From NCBI GenBank assembly GCA_964234715.1, contig OZ174279.1: a DNA stretch of 64,000 nucleotides. One strand, 5' to 3'. Positions 62,561 through 64,000 of the stretch are shown one piece after another. Under the pieces are notes generated by a model. The model was given only the letters and a program-made list of their open reading frames with translations, was not told the DNA's origin and made no database searches. The translations under genes and the position numbers were made by a program. The DNA is from Podarcis melisellensis (taxonomy: Eukaryota). Within the stretch, counting starts at the first letter, position 1, and each line of letters starts with the position of its first letter.

Positions 62561-62774
62561 TCCTATTGCTTTGGCAAGCTTGATGAAGTCAATACCTAAT
62601 TAGTTTATGATCTTTACTGGCATGGAAGAACGGCATCTAGATTTTATTTTCTAAAGCTTCAGGTACAAAAATGTGTTAGTCCATTTCTGGACCCGGTTCA
62701 TCCTAAAGGCTGAACCACAGGTGACACCAGTGGTTGGTTCTTTTGACCTTTTCCAAGGCTTTTAGCAGATAAGA

Positions 62775-63016
62775 TGAAATATACTCGGAGTCCTGCAGTG
62801 ATTTCATGCTCTTTATTGCAGCTTGTAAAACACTGATTGAATTTCCCCCCAAACCTCAGACTTATATATACATTACTTACAAAATGAGTCCTGTCTGATT
62901 GGCTGATTCTGCTTCCCTCCTGGAGCCTCTTTGGCCTTCTCCTGCAGGCCAATCAGTTGTTGCATTCTAGGATCCTACCTGCCTATTGTTCTAGGATCCA
63001 GGCTTAATATATAACA
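62775..63016 (-). mobile_element. Solo LTR
   Basis: On -: TGTTA...CCAATCAG...TATATATAAG...AATAAA...TTTCA; flanks TAAGA / TACGA (5-bp TSD with one mismatch). Confidence 0.7.
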
Positions 63017-64000
63017 TACGAGTAGGGTGGTTCTGTGTCCTTCACCCAGAGAATTGTCTTCTGTATTTGTCTGAAGGGTAACTTGGTCCAAATCCAGTTT
63101 AGAGATAAAGCACTATAAGAGGCGAGAGGAGGGGCCTTGATGCTGACCATCACTAGCTTGCACCTATACAACAGGTAGCAGTCTTCCTTATTATGATGAG
63201 GTGGGTTATATTTCCATTTGCATTATAGTAGCTATTTCTAAAATATTGTGTCTAATTAGCAGATGCAAATATCATCCTCTTTTTTTTTTGGCAATACATA
63301 AATGGCCACCCTCAGTAAGAAGTGTTTGCATTTGGCTGAGGCCAGGGTGTTTTGGGAGAAGGCGTATTATGTTTCCCTCTTTCTCACTGTGCCATTTCCT
63401 CAATCCAAAATAACTTTCCAGTCTCTGAAGCTGCTAGTTTTCCCTATGGGGAAAATTACAAATAGCAGCCAGGTTTGGGGTGTGTGTAGAGAGATGAAGG
63501 ATGGTGGTGTGCAGGGGGGGGGAGAAGAAAAACTTTCCCTACAGCTGTTGCTTTAATCCAGTGGTTCTCAAAGGGTGTTGTGCACGGCACTGATGTGGCA
63601 GAAGAGGATGACAAGTGTGGCAGGAAGATTCAAGAACAAAGAAATGTTTAAACATTTCAGGGTAGTATAGTACTGTGTCAAAGTTTTTCTGTGCAGAACA
63701 TGGATAGATAAATTTTCAAAATGAGAGCAAGAGCATCACATGATATTACAAACCCACCCCTCTCACTGATTTTACATACCTTCTTGACGTACATATGTAA
63801 GAGGTTCATTTGTATTTGGGGAATGATTCATGTTATTATGTAGCTGCATTGTTTTATGCTTTCTGGCTGTCCCTTGATCTTAGTATAAAATAGTTGTGTT
63901 CTGTGTTACAAATCAAAGACTGCTAGAAGTTGTTTCCTTTTTGTTTTCCAGTGTATCAATTAAAAAATCGGCGAAGTGGGAGCAAATTTTTATTCTGAAA

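Noticed and set aside
1-64000. CRISPR arrays, rRNA genes, prokaryotic operons
   Set aside because: Sequence is intron-containing vertebrate DNA; no regular repeat-spacer arrays or rRNA motifs were seen.

Overview
Vertebrate genomic DNA, most likely a squamate and probably a lacertid lizard (inferred from Sauria-SINE, BovB and L2 repeat content). It covers the conserved ANKRD1-RPP30-HTR7 block. ANKRD1 is complete on + (9 coding exons, 1756-11724, 319 aa). RPP30 is on - (15421-29526): 9 of the expected 11 exons are visible, exons 2-3 probably lie in the 200-N gap, and intron 9 is a U12-type (minor spliceosome) intron. HTR7 exon 1 is on + (52156-52763) in a CpG island, head-to-head with RPP30. 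The rest is dense in repeats: a nearly intact RTE-BovB LINE fused to a Sauria-SINE head, many L2 3' ends, six copies of a TA-flanked Tc1/mariner-type MITE, several hAT MITEs, tRNA SINEs and a solo LTR. Most notable observations: (1) a Penelope-type fold-back insertion with a 13-bp TSD carrying a minimal hammerhead-ribozyme core, plus a core-mutated sense copy in an RPP30 intron; (2) a hAT MITE whose 8-bp TSD duplicated the ANKRD1 exon-7 splice donor; (3) the SINE-BovB chimera; (4) 53-bp direct repeats bracketing the last RPP30 exon; (5) a MITE family carrying near-copies of the ZNF143-type motif found in the RPP30 promoter. All calls are by eye; no database searches were run.
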